A stretch of 63,991 nucleotides of DNA, the filler included, from Circinaria calcarea (lineage: Eukaryota), in assembly GCA_051942165.1 (NCBI GenBank). It is 4 parts of 4 records of this genome, joined end to end, with 100 filler letters (N's around TTAATTAATTAA, not from the genome) between each part and the next. Parts side by side here need not be neighbours in the genome. Positions count along the whole stretch, not along the records: positions 16,493 to 32,882 come from JAVECS010000323.1; positions 32,983 to 49,355 come from JAVECS010000324.1; 2 more parts are not named here. One strand, written 5' to 3'. The notes under the pieces are model-generated. The model was not told the origin of the DNA and ran no database searches. It saw nothing but the letters and a program-made list of their open reading frames with translations. This document shows, in pieces, positions 22,733 through 36,249 of this stretch (position 1 is its first letter; the number at the start of each line of letters is the position of its first letter). Both the position numbers and the translations under genes were made by a program.

Positions 22733-24685
22733 CAACACGGTGAAAAGCCCGGCGAGTCAGTAGCTACAGCATACTCATCCAGCCATGTGCCTGTTTCGAT
22801 GTTGACTCGTACGTGTTTCACAAATGTATCTCGATTCTACGGCACGCAAGAAACTCGCCCGTTTGGCAGCGGTGGGCGAGACCAAAGCCGAATACCCCAC
22901 CAGCTTGCGTCTCTTTTCCCGGCCAAATGAACGACGCAATAGACGAAATGACAGGCATAGATTGCCACCGACAGCCTCTGAGACAAATGCCAGAAGCCCC
23001 CTGGCCCAAACTAAGCGATCCAGCCAGCCCGCACAAGATGTACTATGGTAGCGGTATGCCTCCCCCTGGCCCTGGCAGGCGGCTGATCGATAGCGCGAGC
23101 GGCGGGCTTGATTGGATCCCTTTGGAAGAGCCCGCCTTCTTATACTATAGTATTTCTGTTATGACGCCCTATTTGTTTCCCCTCTACCGGGAAGATGCCT
23201 TATAAGCTCAGTCAAACCTGAGCTGCAATTCATCCCTCGCGCTCCCGACGCGACCAGGGAGATCCTCGTATGGAGCGATATCATTCTTCTTTCTTGTTTG
23301 CGCACCCGGCCAATAATTACGGGCCTACCTTGGCGCCGGGATTACTGCGGTATCCCCCAACAACAACACGAAGATATGACACCATGCAAGCTGCCTGAGG
23401 AGTGTTGGCCATCATAAAAGGTCCACTCCAGCATCCGTTTTCCTCTCTCGAACAAAGAGTCTCATCGGACCAATGGCCTTTGTGGTGCTAACGCAGGGAA
23501 ATGCGACTGTTATTGACCACTTTGATTCAATCCCCCCTTCCATCCTAAGTATCCTAGCATCGCATTCGTCGAATTAGTAAGATCCCATGGACCTTGTAGA
23601 ATCTGGAGCTTGAGAGAGTACCGGAGCAAGGACGACGCAGGCCTTTAGTGTGGATGGCGCCTGTGGGTGCTAAAGCAGTAAAGTTCCTTGTGTGGGTAGC
23701 GAGCAGGTCGAATACCTACGTATGTACATGGAGCAGTTATTCCCTCACCCGAGGGAATGATACAGCGCCGCATATGCCGATGAGGAGGTCCTCATCCTTC
23801 CTTCCCCTCCTTCTCTTATCCCCTCTTGGGGCGCCCCCCCGTGGATTGTGCCAGGGAAGAGGCATTTGGCTAGGCTGCGGGTTTCCCATCGTCACACAGC
23901 ATCGAATAGAAAACCGATGTGGTTGCAAGCGTCGCACATGCATAAGACAAACAGTGAACAATGAGCTTGGGATCGATGAGTCGGCACAATGTCATTGATA
24001 ATTCCACGGCCGTCGACAGTTCAGCCGTAGGGACGCAGTAGGAGTAGTCAATTCCGAATATCAACCAACTGGGCTAGGAGGAGGCAACACACAGCACCGT
24101 CGAGCTGAGGACACGGCATCAGGCCCGCGTCGATTGGCTCCCGGAGCGTACTGCAGGATGGAGAATCCGTAGGGATAAGCCGTAGGGATAATCCGTAGCG
24201 TGGGCTCCAAACCGGTCTGCGCCTAGCGCTTGAAGGATCTCCCAGGCTCGCCTCGCTAACTTTGGCCCCAAACAGCCCGAGCCTCTGGGCGGAGAAAGTG
24301 GTCTACCACTAAGTGAGACGAGAGAGGGACGAACCGTAGAAACCAACTGCACCCACAGGTACCTGAGAACAAGAGACCGTCCGTAATCACCGGCACAACG
24401 CTGGACCCAAGGCTCCTCCTCTCAACGTCCTCTAACCTGCATCGGATCCGTGGCTACCATCCATCCATTCTTAATGCTAATTTGCCTGGAGTCGTCCGAC
24501 AACGTCTTTGAACCGGAGTCCTCGTGGCTGTCGTTGCTTGCTCGCCCACCTCCCCCAGACAGCACACCCAAACGAGCGGGCAAACCGACCAACGTGTACC
24601 ACCACTCTCCCTCACCGTTGCTTGCGTCTTTGTTCAGATGCGCCGCACCTAGAGAATCCGGTTGGGTCGGGGCGACTAGGGATCA

Positions 24686-27600
24686 ATGGACACAGTGCCA
24701 ACGGTATGTCTTGGGTGGAATCAACCAAGAGTCACGATGTTCAGAGCAGATTGCTTTCAGCATCACTCTCAAGTCGCCAGATACAACTGTTCATCTCAAG
24801 ACCGCTCTCGAGCTCTGTGCTGACATGTATTTCGACAGCTGTGCGCGACCAGTACTGTCGGTATTGCCGCCGTCGGCTATGCCCTCGGTCGTCCTCAGAT
24901 CCCTACGGCTACCAGACCTACCTCACGCAAGACAAAGCCTCAGTCATCCAGACAGGGACGGCCAAATTCGACCGCCGCTACTCCGGTGCTTGCATTCTCG
25001 ACACCCGTTCTCGAGCAGCCACACCCAAGTTCTATTCGATTAAGGTCGGGCTTCCTTCGTCGACCGAAATCGTCCTCCTTTCCCGATCACACGATACCTC
25101 GGGAAGAATCCGCAATGATCGACATGGCCAAGGACGAGAAGTACGATTGGAGGGACTCCATGTTTGGACAGACGAACGATGCTGCAGTGGATGGGAAGGC
25201 TCTGGCGGCTGATATCATAGGTAATCGTAGTGGCACAGCAAAATCTTCCTGGCTGCGACGGATGTCGACTTTTGGATCATCTTTAAATGGAAGCCCCGTC
25301 TCTACTCCACGACCGAGCACGCCGTCACTATCCTTCTCTCATGCGTCCAGCGCTCCGATCCTCTCAACCACTGAAACCCCGATTCTACCTCGTAACAAAT
25401 TAGTGAAGCGAGCCTCTTCACAAAGGCTTCTCCAAGGTGGCTACGCAGATCATCAATCGACCTCGAAGGCTCAAGTACCAACTCTGCGCAGGCCAGCAAC
25501 TAGCCATCAACGATCAGCAACATTCCAACATCAGTATTTACGAGACGAAGTCGAGCCATACCAGGACTTTGGTTCGTTTAGGCATAGCATAGTCCACGAT
25601 GGAGAGGATCCAATCGAGGATCGCTCAGCAGAAGTCTGGTATCCTTTCTTTCGCACCAGGAACTCAAAGCTAGTCAAGGAGGTTTCATCTACCAAAAGGG
25701 CTTCCATGGGGTCGAGCGGTCAAACAGAGTCCATAAAGCGTATATCCACGTCGCCGTCGGAATTGCCAACTTTGCTGATGGCAACCTCGGTCTGTCCCAC
25801 TGCTCCTGACGAGTTCATGCAAAGTCGAGAGACTCATATTGAGACTTCCTTTACGCCTACGAGACCGCAGACCTTTCCTGCCCCTTCCACATATTCCTCG
25901 TTGACACCGCCTCAAACCGCGGATGACCAAAGACAACGACCTCGAAGCTCTGTTTCACTCACCGAATTCTTCCCATCTCCTTCCCCTTCAACGTGGAAAA
26001 TGGCACACCCCGGAAGTTTCAGAAAAAAGAGAGGCTCCGAGGCTGCAATTTATGGTAGAAGAGTAGCTTCGGCACCTCAGCCTTCGAAAGGACGCCGGGA
26101 TAAGAAAAGTAGTCAGGAGAAGATAGACTGTATTCCGCAAGTCGATCGTTCAGGTTCACTTCGGAATTCACTAGCAGACGCTGGGTTATCGTTTGAAGCT
26201 TCCAGGACGAGAAGTCCGTCGTCTCCTCTACCATCCTTGCAGCGTTTCTCTGCATTCGAAATTGACTTGCCAGACACAGTGCCTTCGTATCCTACTAGCC
26301 CTCGACCGATCACCACATCATCCACGTCGTTTCGTACGAGCCCCGTACCTGCAATGTCAGCAAATGCTCCCGGCCAATTTCCAGTCAAGGGAAAGCCTCA
26401 TCGCCCATCAGGCGTCTCTTTGGATCGTGCTTCAACTCTAGTTGGCTCCGATAATGAAAACAGTCGGTTCTCTGGAGGAGAAGGAGATGAGTTAGATTGC
26501 CAAAGTGAAACAGTGTACGACTCTATACGGACTGGTGCTACCGGTAGTAGTCATTCTGGTGTGAGAGGACCAAGAATTGAGTCTGTTTTCGATGCTTCGC
26601 CCCCTCCCGAGTTACTCAAGCAGAATCTCGCTGCACTGCAAGAAAAATTATCCAACAGCTCGGTTACAAGCTGGGGTCCGAATAGGGACTTTATCGAAGA
26701 GGAAGAAGAAAGCTTGCGTACTCCTATGAAGTTCAACGGCTCTCTTGTAGCTGACCTGCCTACTCCTTCCCGAGACGAGTCTAACGTAGAATTGTCGCCT
26801 GAGCTTCCCCAATTTCGGCCTCAGGGTGCGCTATCGTTAAAGCGAACTGAGGAAGATGCATTTGATTTCGATGATTCGCAGTTCGATGAAGGATGGGCTT
26901 TCAATGACGCAGAGAATCCTTGGGATAACGGTGGCCTTGGACTTATCGCTACTGAAGCGCAATACCCTACTCCGTTACCTTCGCTTCCCAATCTCACATT
27001 GGAAGATTCTACATCGCCTGAGTCTACGGACCATCAAGATCAACCAAAATCCAACATATTTGAGTGGTCTGAACGCATGAATGGTGATAGAGATTCACAA
27101 CACGGTTCATCACCTCGACCAAAAACCGTGCATGGCAAGCAAGACATGGAACGTGACGGTCGACCTCCTGGACGTCGGGGCCTTAGTACTGTGCATCTTC
27201 GAAGCCAGAGTGTACCCTTACCACCGGATGGGCTTTCCCATCGTGGAGTTAACACTACTTCCAAATTAGATGCATGGCTCCTAGGTAGCAAAGGCGTCAG
27301 TGAGGAGTGGGACGGCGATTTTGAGTTTGAAGAGCCCGTGCAGTCGGCTCAGCCTCAGTCTGAGATCGAAGCAGTTAAAAACCCAGCAGCATCGAATGCC
27401 ATATTGGTCCCTCAGGCCATCCTAGAAAGACAAGCCAGTGTCCACGGCCAATTTGGCCAAGTGAAGGAATTGACGCTGTTGGTTGAAGAACTCAAACGAC
27501 TCCGCCATCAAGCCAATGCCCAAGGCATCATTGGGGGTCAATCGGCCGAGTTATGGAAGGAGGCCGAGGGGATTATCAATCTGGCTACACTTGACGATGA

Positions 27601-28222
27601 AGATCAGGATTTTCTTGATCCATACTCACCACGTGCCTCGAGCTTTGACTTTGACCCTTTTGAGGATGATTCTCCCGCAAGCCAGCGATACCGTAGATCT
27701 TGCCTTGTGGCACCGAGGGAGAGCTTACCAGTCAAGAAGGATCATTCTTCCATCGTCCAGCCCTCATCTCACTCGTCACCCGCAGGCTCCAATCTCGGTA
27801 CTCCCCCTAATGGTCGACCGCGAAAACAGTCGGTAGCCAAAGCAAAGTCCGTCCTAGAGAACATTCATCAGCATCGTAGCAGTCTTGATCCACCGCTGGT
27901 GGATGCGAAGACTCCGCAGAAGAAGTTGCCCTTTGATACTACCTCTCTGCGAGACCTTGTCACCCGAGCTGGAGTTGTAACACGAGCCCTTAAAGAAATC
28001 GTGCGAAAAACGAACGACGTGCCGGCAACTCCTGACCGTCACCTAGCTACTCCTCCAGATCCGCCTTTCAGTCAGATTTTCCAAAAACAATCCCACTCGC
28101 CATCAGCGAAGAAAAGCCCTCGCGTGATGAAGAGTACTAGCGGCAAAACTTTCTTAGGAGGCTCGATTGCAGGGAACGATAATGACATTAACGGACATAT
28201 GAAGATGATGACTGTTGTCTAG
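24686..28222 (+). CDS. Large conserved Pezizomycotina Ser/Pro-rich disordered protein of unknown function
   Basis: An 18-nt first exon (24686-24703, MDTVPT) and intron 24704-24838 (GTATGT..GCTGAC..CAG) are in phase with the 1078-aa ORF. Conserved-looking blocks RNKLVKR, LRRPATSHQRS, RPKTVHGKQ, LRSQSVP, QASVHGQFGQVKELTLLVEELKRL, KLPFDTTSLRDLV and HMKMMTVV. Confidence 0.75.
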
Positions 28223-29098
28223 AAGACCCTCTTGGCTATGATACGCATCCAGACGAGGCTTTGGATGTACTCTCACGCATGTATTCTGTTTGCGATATCT
28301 TTCGATTCAATTCGTGTACACATAACCCATGCATTAATCCGACGGCTTTTTCCTCTCGCTTTTCAGCATAGCGCAGGGGGGATCTCTCTCCCGCCGGGAT
28401 CCTCCTTTGAAGACTTTGCTCGGTGGCGCCATTGTCTCATTAGACAGGAGGTGCTTGGGGCAGGTAGATTTCTCATACTAACGCTGCGAGGTTAGAGTAT
28501 ATACTCACCACGAATGCGGCGGCCCAAAAGGTATCGAGGCCTAGGATAACAAAAGCATGGAGCATGACCACAGGTCAAATGTAATGTACACAGCCCGAGT
28601 GCTTGGGAAGAGCATTTCGATAATGAAGGTCGAATTAGAAGCATTCTGCAAAGCGTGTTACATAGAGTGTACATGAATAGAAATCCATGCATGGCACATC
28701 ACAAGAAGCTCTGTTCAAATATCCATCTGACTTCGCGTACAAACTCAGTAGCATCACGTAACTTGTAAAGTCAAGAGGGTTAATTACCCTTATCGATTGA
28801 TCGTACGAAGACCCCCGATAGACTCCCCTGTGGGATCATACCCCCTTGGGCCCCTTTACCAGAAACCATATGAGAACCCTCTTTGTCCAACGCTCGGACA
28901 CTGTCACCGGAGCGGGAGCAATGCGCCGTGATGCCGGTGGTCGCCACCCGGGAGATCGACATCACCGATCTGGATTAGGCGTTGTCGACGTCCACCATTC
29001 GATAATGGAGCAACTTCCTTCATTTCTTCTCCTTTACGGTGTATATATATATTTTCGCTTGCTGTAGTCGGTAGAACAGAGTATTCTTTGTTTTGGAA

Positions 29099-30686
29099 AT
29101 GTCTTCTCTGTCATTTTCAGTATTCGCTACCCTTTTTAGTTGCATGGTCATGAATGTATACGGAGCTGCCCCCTCTGCGTCAGCATGCTCAACTTCCCTT
29201 ACTCCGACCAATTCCATCCAGCCTAGTGTTGCCTCTGGGTATCAGATGGCACTCGTAGCCACGGGACTTACAAAGCCAAGATCCATGCAGTTCGATAGCG
29301 CGGGAAATCTCCTCGTCGTCCAACAAGGCGCGGGAATAGTAAGTTTGGTCCTACAGGACGAGGGCGGGACCTGTTTGCGTGTCGAGTCAAGTAAGAGTGT
29401 TATAGAGAACAAAAGCGTATGGTGTCGTACTTCGCATATCCAGTCAAAGCTGACCTTCCCTGATAAAGCTCAACCATGGCATCGCCCTATCCGCAAACGG
29501 CACGACATTATATGCCTCTTCTGCGGAAGCAGCATACTCGTGGACATATAATCCTGTGACTATGTCGGTCGGCAGCGAAAGGACTACTCTGGTATCAGGC
29601 ATGACCACTGAGGACCACACCACACGAACACTTTTGATCCCGCAAATGGCGAATGACAGGCTTTTGATAAATCGAGGGAGTACCGCCAATGTTGATCCGA
29701 TGGCAGCAGACTTGGAATCGGGGCATTCTCAGGTTAAAGCATTCGACTTGGGCAACGTTCCGTCAGATGGCTATCAGTTCAACACGGACGGGCTCCGATT
29801 GGGATGGGGGCTGCGGAATTCCGTTGGACTTGCTGAGCATCCTTTGACCGGAGGAATCTATAGCGTGGAGAACTCGGTCGACCAGATTATGCGTGAGGGT
29901 GAAGATATCCATCAGGATAATCCGGGAGAGGAGATGAATTTTCATGGCTATCTCAATGGCACCGTGTATGCTCCGCAGGGGAGTAACTATGGATACCCAT
30001 ATTGCTTTTCTGCTTGGGTTCCCTCGGATATTCCTAATAACAAAGATATTAGCGTGGGCACTCAGTTTGCAATGGGCAATCAGAACAGTAGGATCAACGA
30101 TACCTTCTGCTCAGGAACGACACCCCCACGACTGACGTTTCAGGCGCATCAGGTTTGAAGACCTCACCTGCAACTGTCGACGGTATATACTGACCAGAAG
30201 AAATAGGCTCCTCTGGATATCAAGTTTAACAACAGCGGCACAGAGGGTTGGGTTTCCTTTCACGGGAGCTGGAACCGTGCCAATCCAGTTGGCTACAAGG
30301 TGTCTGTAATCCCATTCGAGAACGGGGCACCTGTTGCAGCTCCGAACAATAATACTGCCACAACTGACATCTTCACTAACCTTGATAACTCGAAATGCCC
30401 TAGTAACTGTTTCCGCCCGGCAGGACTTGCGTTCGACAAACAAGGCCGTCTTTATGTTAGCTCCGATGCTTCAGGGGAAATATACGTTGTGACGCGAGAT
30501 CAGACTGCCAATAGTGCAGGCACAAGCACAGGAGCCGGTACAGGTAGCGGTACAAGTACTGGAAGTGCACCGGCAGCATCGCAAACAACTTCAGCAAGTG
30601 CGAGCACCTTTGGGACCTCCAGTATCGTTGCTTTCCTGGTTGCACTCAGCGTATTTGGTACAGCAACCAGCCATACTAACTTATGA
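29099..30686 (+). CDS. Secreted PQQ-dependent sugar/sorbosone dehydrogenase (CAZy AA12-like beta-propeller), probable GPI anchor
   Basis: Signal peptide. Exons 29099-29416, 29469-30152, 30207-30686. Motifs GLTKPRS, LNHGIAL, HTTRTLL, GWGLRNSVG, QDNPGEE, AHQAPLDIKF, FHGSWNR and CFRPAGLAFD. S/T/G linker and hydrophobic C-terminus. Confidence 0.88.
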
Positions 30687-31216
30687 GGTTGTGCATTTTT
30701 TTCTCCTGGAGCTTCTAGCATAGAAGCATAGACGTTGTGCAAGTAGCGCAGGTAGCATAGCGGAGGCACTTGTTTGCTGTGCGTCTTCTATCGATTCGCC
30801 TTCGTGCCAGGGAAGCGGGTTAGTTTGAATGCCATCCGGTAGTTTTCCATACTCACAACAGACTATCCAGCATAAAATTTGTCAAAGGCTTACCTTTTGC
30901 TGTGTGAGGAATGTGAAGCTGGCAACCGCATCAACCGCATCAACCGTCACAACTTGGTATGGCTTGATACTCCATCTGACTTCCTTGTTCATTAACCTCA
31001 CGCTGCAATCAGCCTTCGTCACAACATCACACTGCTCTTCGATTCTGGTGGCATTCTCTCTTCTAAGTATCACCTAGAACATACACGTCTGCCATAGCAC
31101 ACTTTACGCATCCTCGGTAACTTGACTCGATCCCTTACTATCGCCTGACGCTATCTGTGTGCTTGAGATCGTAACCTTCAAGGCCTAGTCTTGGCTGCTT
31201 GAGGTCAATCATCATC

Positions 31217-32882
31217 ATGTCTAACAATGCTGACACCGGTTACCCGCACATCAATAAGCTACCTGTGGAGGTCAGTTACTTATACCTGCACTACTTGCGC
31301 CACCAAATCTCAGCCTCCAACATTGAGATCGATAGAAAGCTAATATCTAATTTGTCTCAGCTCACCCAGCATGTTGCCTCTTTTATCGACTCTTTTACCG
31401 ACCTCGTTAACTTTACGCTGGTACATAAACCCTTTTATACCTGCGTCCATTCGTCTCAGTCCGGTGGATTATGGGTTCAGCTGTTTGCAAATCACTACGA
31501 CCTACCACCACAGAAATTAGGACGAGAACTCAAACCCATATACCTTCTACGCAACAAGATAATCGACAGGCTTGCCTTTTGCACATTTAACGCTGGTTTG
31601 AGAACCTTTGAACGGGTCTCCCTCGAGATGATCAAGAATCTCATTGTCGGTATTTCTCACCTATTTTGTTTGCTCAAACAAAGCTGAAGCTTTCTTGTCT
31701 CTTCCTTCCATATACACTACTCATCAAGCTATTGTCAAAGCTCCACTTGTTCATACTTCTTAGCCGGTTTTACTTACAACATTGGGAACTAAGCTGATTG
31801 TTTGCAGATTCTTATTCCGGTGTATCTTCAGACAGTCAACTCGGTGTCATGACATCCAAGAATATCCAGTGTCTCCGATTCATCGCGCAGAAGAGCCGTA
31901 TTCTCGAAAACGTGCTGTGCCACTCGATGCAATCGCAAGGTACCAGCAATCCTCTCCTGCATGCTGTACAGGTCATCTTCCTGCCATGGTTCCTTGACCC
32001 GTCCCTCAATTCACGAGTGCCGCATGTGGCTCGAATGATGGAGTACTCTCAGCACGCTGTTTACCAGAGTCAGGCCGACGTAGCTCTGTTCTTCAATCCT
32101 CAGATGGATCGTCTCAATCTCGAATACGTCTTACATATCGGCAACTTTTTCAAACATCATTTGACCGAAATAGGAGCACTTTCCGACGTTCATGGAGCAT
32201 ACGCACGCTTGCAAGCTGCCATGCGACCGCAAGCGTGGAGAGAGAAACTTGCCGAGGGCGTCACAACACTAACAGCTCACTGGATAGGGGCTTACTGTAA
32301 GCCTCCTGAGCCGTATGATCTGTCTTTAACTAATCGCTGATTAATCTAGCGAGCTACGATGACGGTAATAGCGATGTCGATTTGGGAGTTTTTCGTATGA
32401 ACCCGCCAACTAGCAACCAGGTCATCATGGATATAGTCAATGGAGGATACGAGCAGTTGGCTACCCTCAAGCTACATTTCGATTGCCCTGTTGATTGGAT
32501 CCCGGCTTTTGACAGGCATTTGAAGAGGTTGCCCCCTACCAAAGCAGGTGGAGCCCCTCCACCTCACCTTACCTTTGGTGGTAGTGAGGGAGAGTTTGAC
32601 CGGACGGACATATCCGCCACCCGCATCTCCGGCATCCTTCATGCGATTCCACCTCAGGAGGGGGTCCCCGGGTGGCAACGTGTGTCCTTTATGAGCTATA
32701 CGCTTGCAGACACCCATCGGCTTGAAGACCTCCATACCGATCAAGATCTCGTGACGAAGCTTGAATACCTCCGCTGTTACGAGGGGGTGGTACTCCCCGG
32801 GGGTAAGATCATGCTGGGGAGATGGTGGGAGCCTACGGATGCGCGCCTGGAATCCGGACCCTTTATCTTCTGGGCTGTGGAG
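31217..32882 (+). CDS. F-box domain protein (3' end cut by contig end)
   Basis: N-terminal F-box-like INKLPVE|LTQHVASFI..TDLVNFTLVHK. Exons approximately 31217-31270, 31361-31649, 31809-32296, 32350-32882. C-terminal IPPQEGVPGWQRVSFM...YEGVVLPGGKIMLGRWW...GPFIFW motif. Confidence 0.75.
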
Positions 32883-32982
32883 NNNNNNNNNNNNNNNNNN
32901 NNNNNNNNNNNNNNNNNNNNNNNNNNTTAATTAATTAANNNNNNNNNNNNNNNNNNNNNNNNNNNNNNNNNNNNNNNNNNNN
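32883..32982. other. Artificial contig-joining linker
   Basis: 44 N + TTAATTAATTAA + 44 N. Confidence 0.98.
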
Positions 32983-33390
32983 GGATGATGGGTGGAAGGT
33001 GGGAGGTGGTGGAGGAGGTGAAAGGTAGTGCTGAGTTGAAGGATGAGCTGTGATCCGGTCCCTGTAGTCTCCCATATATATATGTGGAAACTTTTTGCGT
33101 GGGTAGACTCACATGGCGTACCAATGCTTAGCATATGCCGTCCGGTAACCATCACCATTTGCGCCAATCTCATCACGAAACATTCTCTCATTGTATGAAC
33201 ATCTTCCGTCGTAGCACATCCCACGACATCATAACGCATAAGCACAAGTGGCACCGCCGTCAACCGGTCCAAGCTCCCATGCACCCATACATAGATTTGT
33301 TACAACCAAATTGCCTCCTCACCCTCATTCCACCCATCATCTCACCTCCCACCTCCCATCATCTCACCTCCCACCTTCCACCCATCATCC
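32983..33390. repeat. 26-bp perfect inverted repeat at the contig edge within CCA/CAT-rich low-complexity DNA
   Basis: 32983-33008 GGATGATGGGTGGAAGGTGGGAGGTG is the exact reverse complement of 33365-33390. Confidence 0.8.
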
Positions 33391-33710
33391 ATACCTTCAT
33401 CATACGTTCCCATACCACCCAACTCACCCCCATCATCCTCATCTTCTCCTACCCATCATGCACAAGCGACTTCAACATCACGTGTTCGCTAGGCAGGGGC
33501 TCCAGCCAGCCTTACCAGCGCCGCTTTTACGCGTCTCAAGGTGGATGGCGCCTCACCACCCCCTTCACCCACAAGTACAAGTGAGTAGATAGACATCGTC
33601 ATAGGAAGGGATGGTACGTGCGTGCATGCATGTGAGTGTATCTGCTTGCTGGTGCCTGCTGCACTCACCTCCACCTCTCTTGTGTTGTCTTGTGGCGTGA
33701 TGTTCATCTG

Positions 33711-33740
33711 CTGACTTGACTTGACTTGACTTGACCTGAC
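33711..33740 (+). repeat. (TTGAC)n pentanucleotide microsatellite
   Basis: ctgacttgacttgacttgacttgacctgac. Confidence 0.85.
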
Positions 33741-35123
33741 CGGTGAGATATCCATAGTAGATGTTATTGACGGGAGGATGGGGCGTGTATGTCAGGTAAG
33801 CAGATGCCACTTCCATCCCCATCTCCTGCGGTGAGGGGTCGACTTGCGGTGTGGCAGCGTGGCTGCACTCACCTTTTCTCACCTTCTCTTCTTTCTCTCA
33901 TTCCCCTCCTCTTCTCTTGTCGCCTCATGTGCTCGTGCTGACCGGAACACGTCTCTTAGACTCACAGCCACATCCACACTCACCATGCCTTCTTCCGTAC
34001 CTGAAGCACCCGGCGTACACACAACAGGTAAGCAACAAACATCCTTCCCACTTCCAAAAGCACATACACCGGAAATGATGATCAAAGCATGTCACCTTGC
34101 TTAGCAGCACAATGCTGAAAATCCGTTAATCCTTATTCTGATCCGGAAATCTGCCTCTTGTACTTACCATCCCATCTAATCTTGAACGCATGCTGACCCA
34201 TCCCTGCTCACCTAGGTCGAAATCTCACATACCCAGAGCCTTTTATCTTGGGAGCATATCTCCTATACACCAAGTATGCAACTTACCTTCCCACTGTATC
34301 CTACTCCTTTTTAGTAATAAATATACTCTGATGAACCACGCTTTTCATCTTGCAGAGTATCCCACGCTGTGCATACCTTCTCCTTTAGATCTGATCCGGA
34401 AGCCCTTCTCCTGCACCTGCATCGTCTTTCATTGTAGGACCACCTACTAACTCGTATATGTTGCTTATACCTCCAGCCACGGTATGTTTCTGTGATGGAG
34501 GAAAGTGCCCTATATACACGGTAAGCAGAATTCCTCACCTTTTGCTGTAATTTTATGGATTGCTTCTATGATGAGCCTTCTGCACAATTGTTCTTCCATA
34601 GTACTCCATGCCGGAAACTGTGTTATCGCAAACTGATTCGGAAGCCTACCTACTGCACATATCCCTTCGAATCTGTTAACATAGAGGGATGCTGAGCTTC
34701 TCAGTCGAACTAGGCTCACTCGAGTTATGCGGTGCCCTTTCCGTCTATAAGCTCGGCAACTCAAGAACGCAAAATCAAGATAAAATTGGGAAATGGTCAC
34801 TTTAACATCAGCAAAGCAGGCGACTGTCAACGTGGTATCATTGCCAACACCGACCGACTATGCAACAACACAAAGGAGAACTATGGCTCTTGCCACCCTA
34901 CGCTGAGACAATATCCTGCCCTTCCACTCCGCATGAATCCCCCATTGCCATATTCGCCAGGCTCCAGGTAAGAAAGAGGCTCTATGCTAGCAAAGTATCT
35001 GCGTTTTTGACTCAAGGGAAAATGGCAAGGGAAACGAGGCCCTCACACACATGGCTTGCAAGCATGAATTGATCATACGAATACCATGAGTCTTGAAAGC
35101 CAGAGAACCAAAGAGACCTCTTG

Positions 35124-36249
<1,126 letters not shown>

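Noticed and set aside
9694..31360. Apparent enrichment of stop-free 3n introns (93 bp at 9694, 54 bp at 13991, 90 bp at 31271)
   Set aside because: For short introns roughly one in ten is expected to be 3n and stop-free, so three among about 35 is unremarkable. Only the 264-nt VAC7 case stands out.
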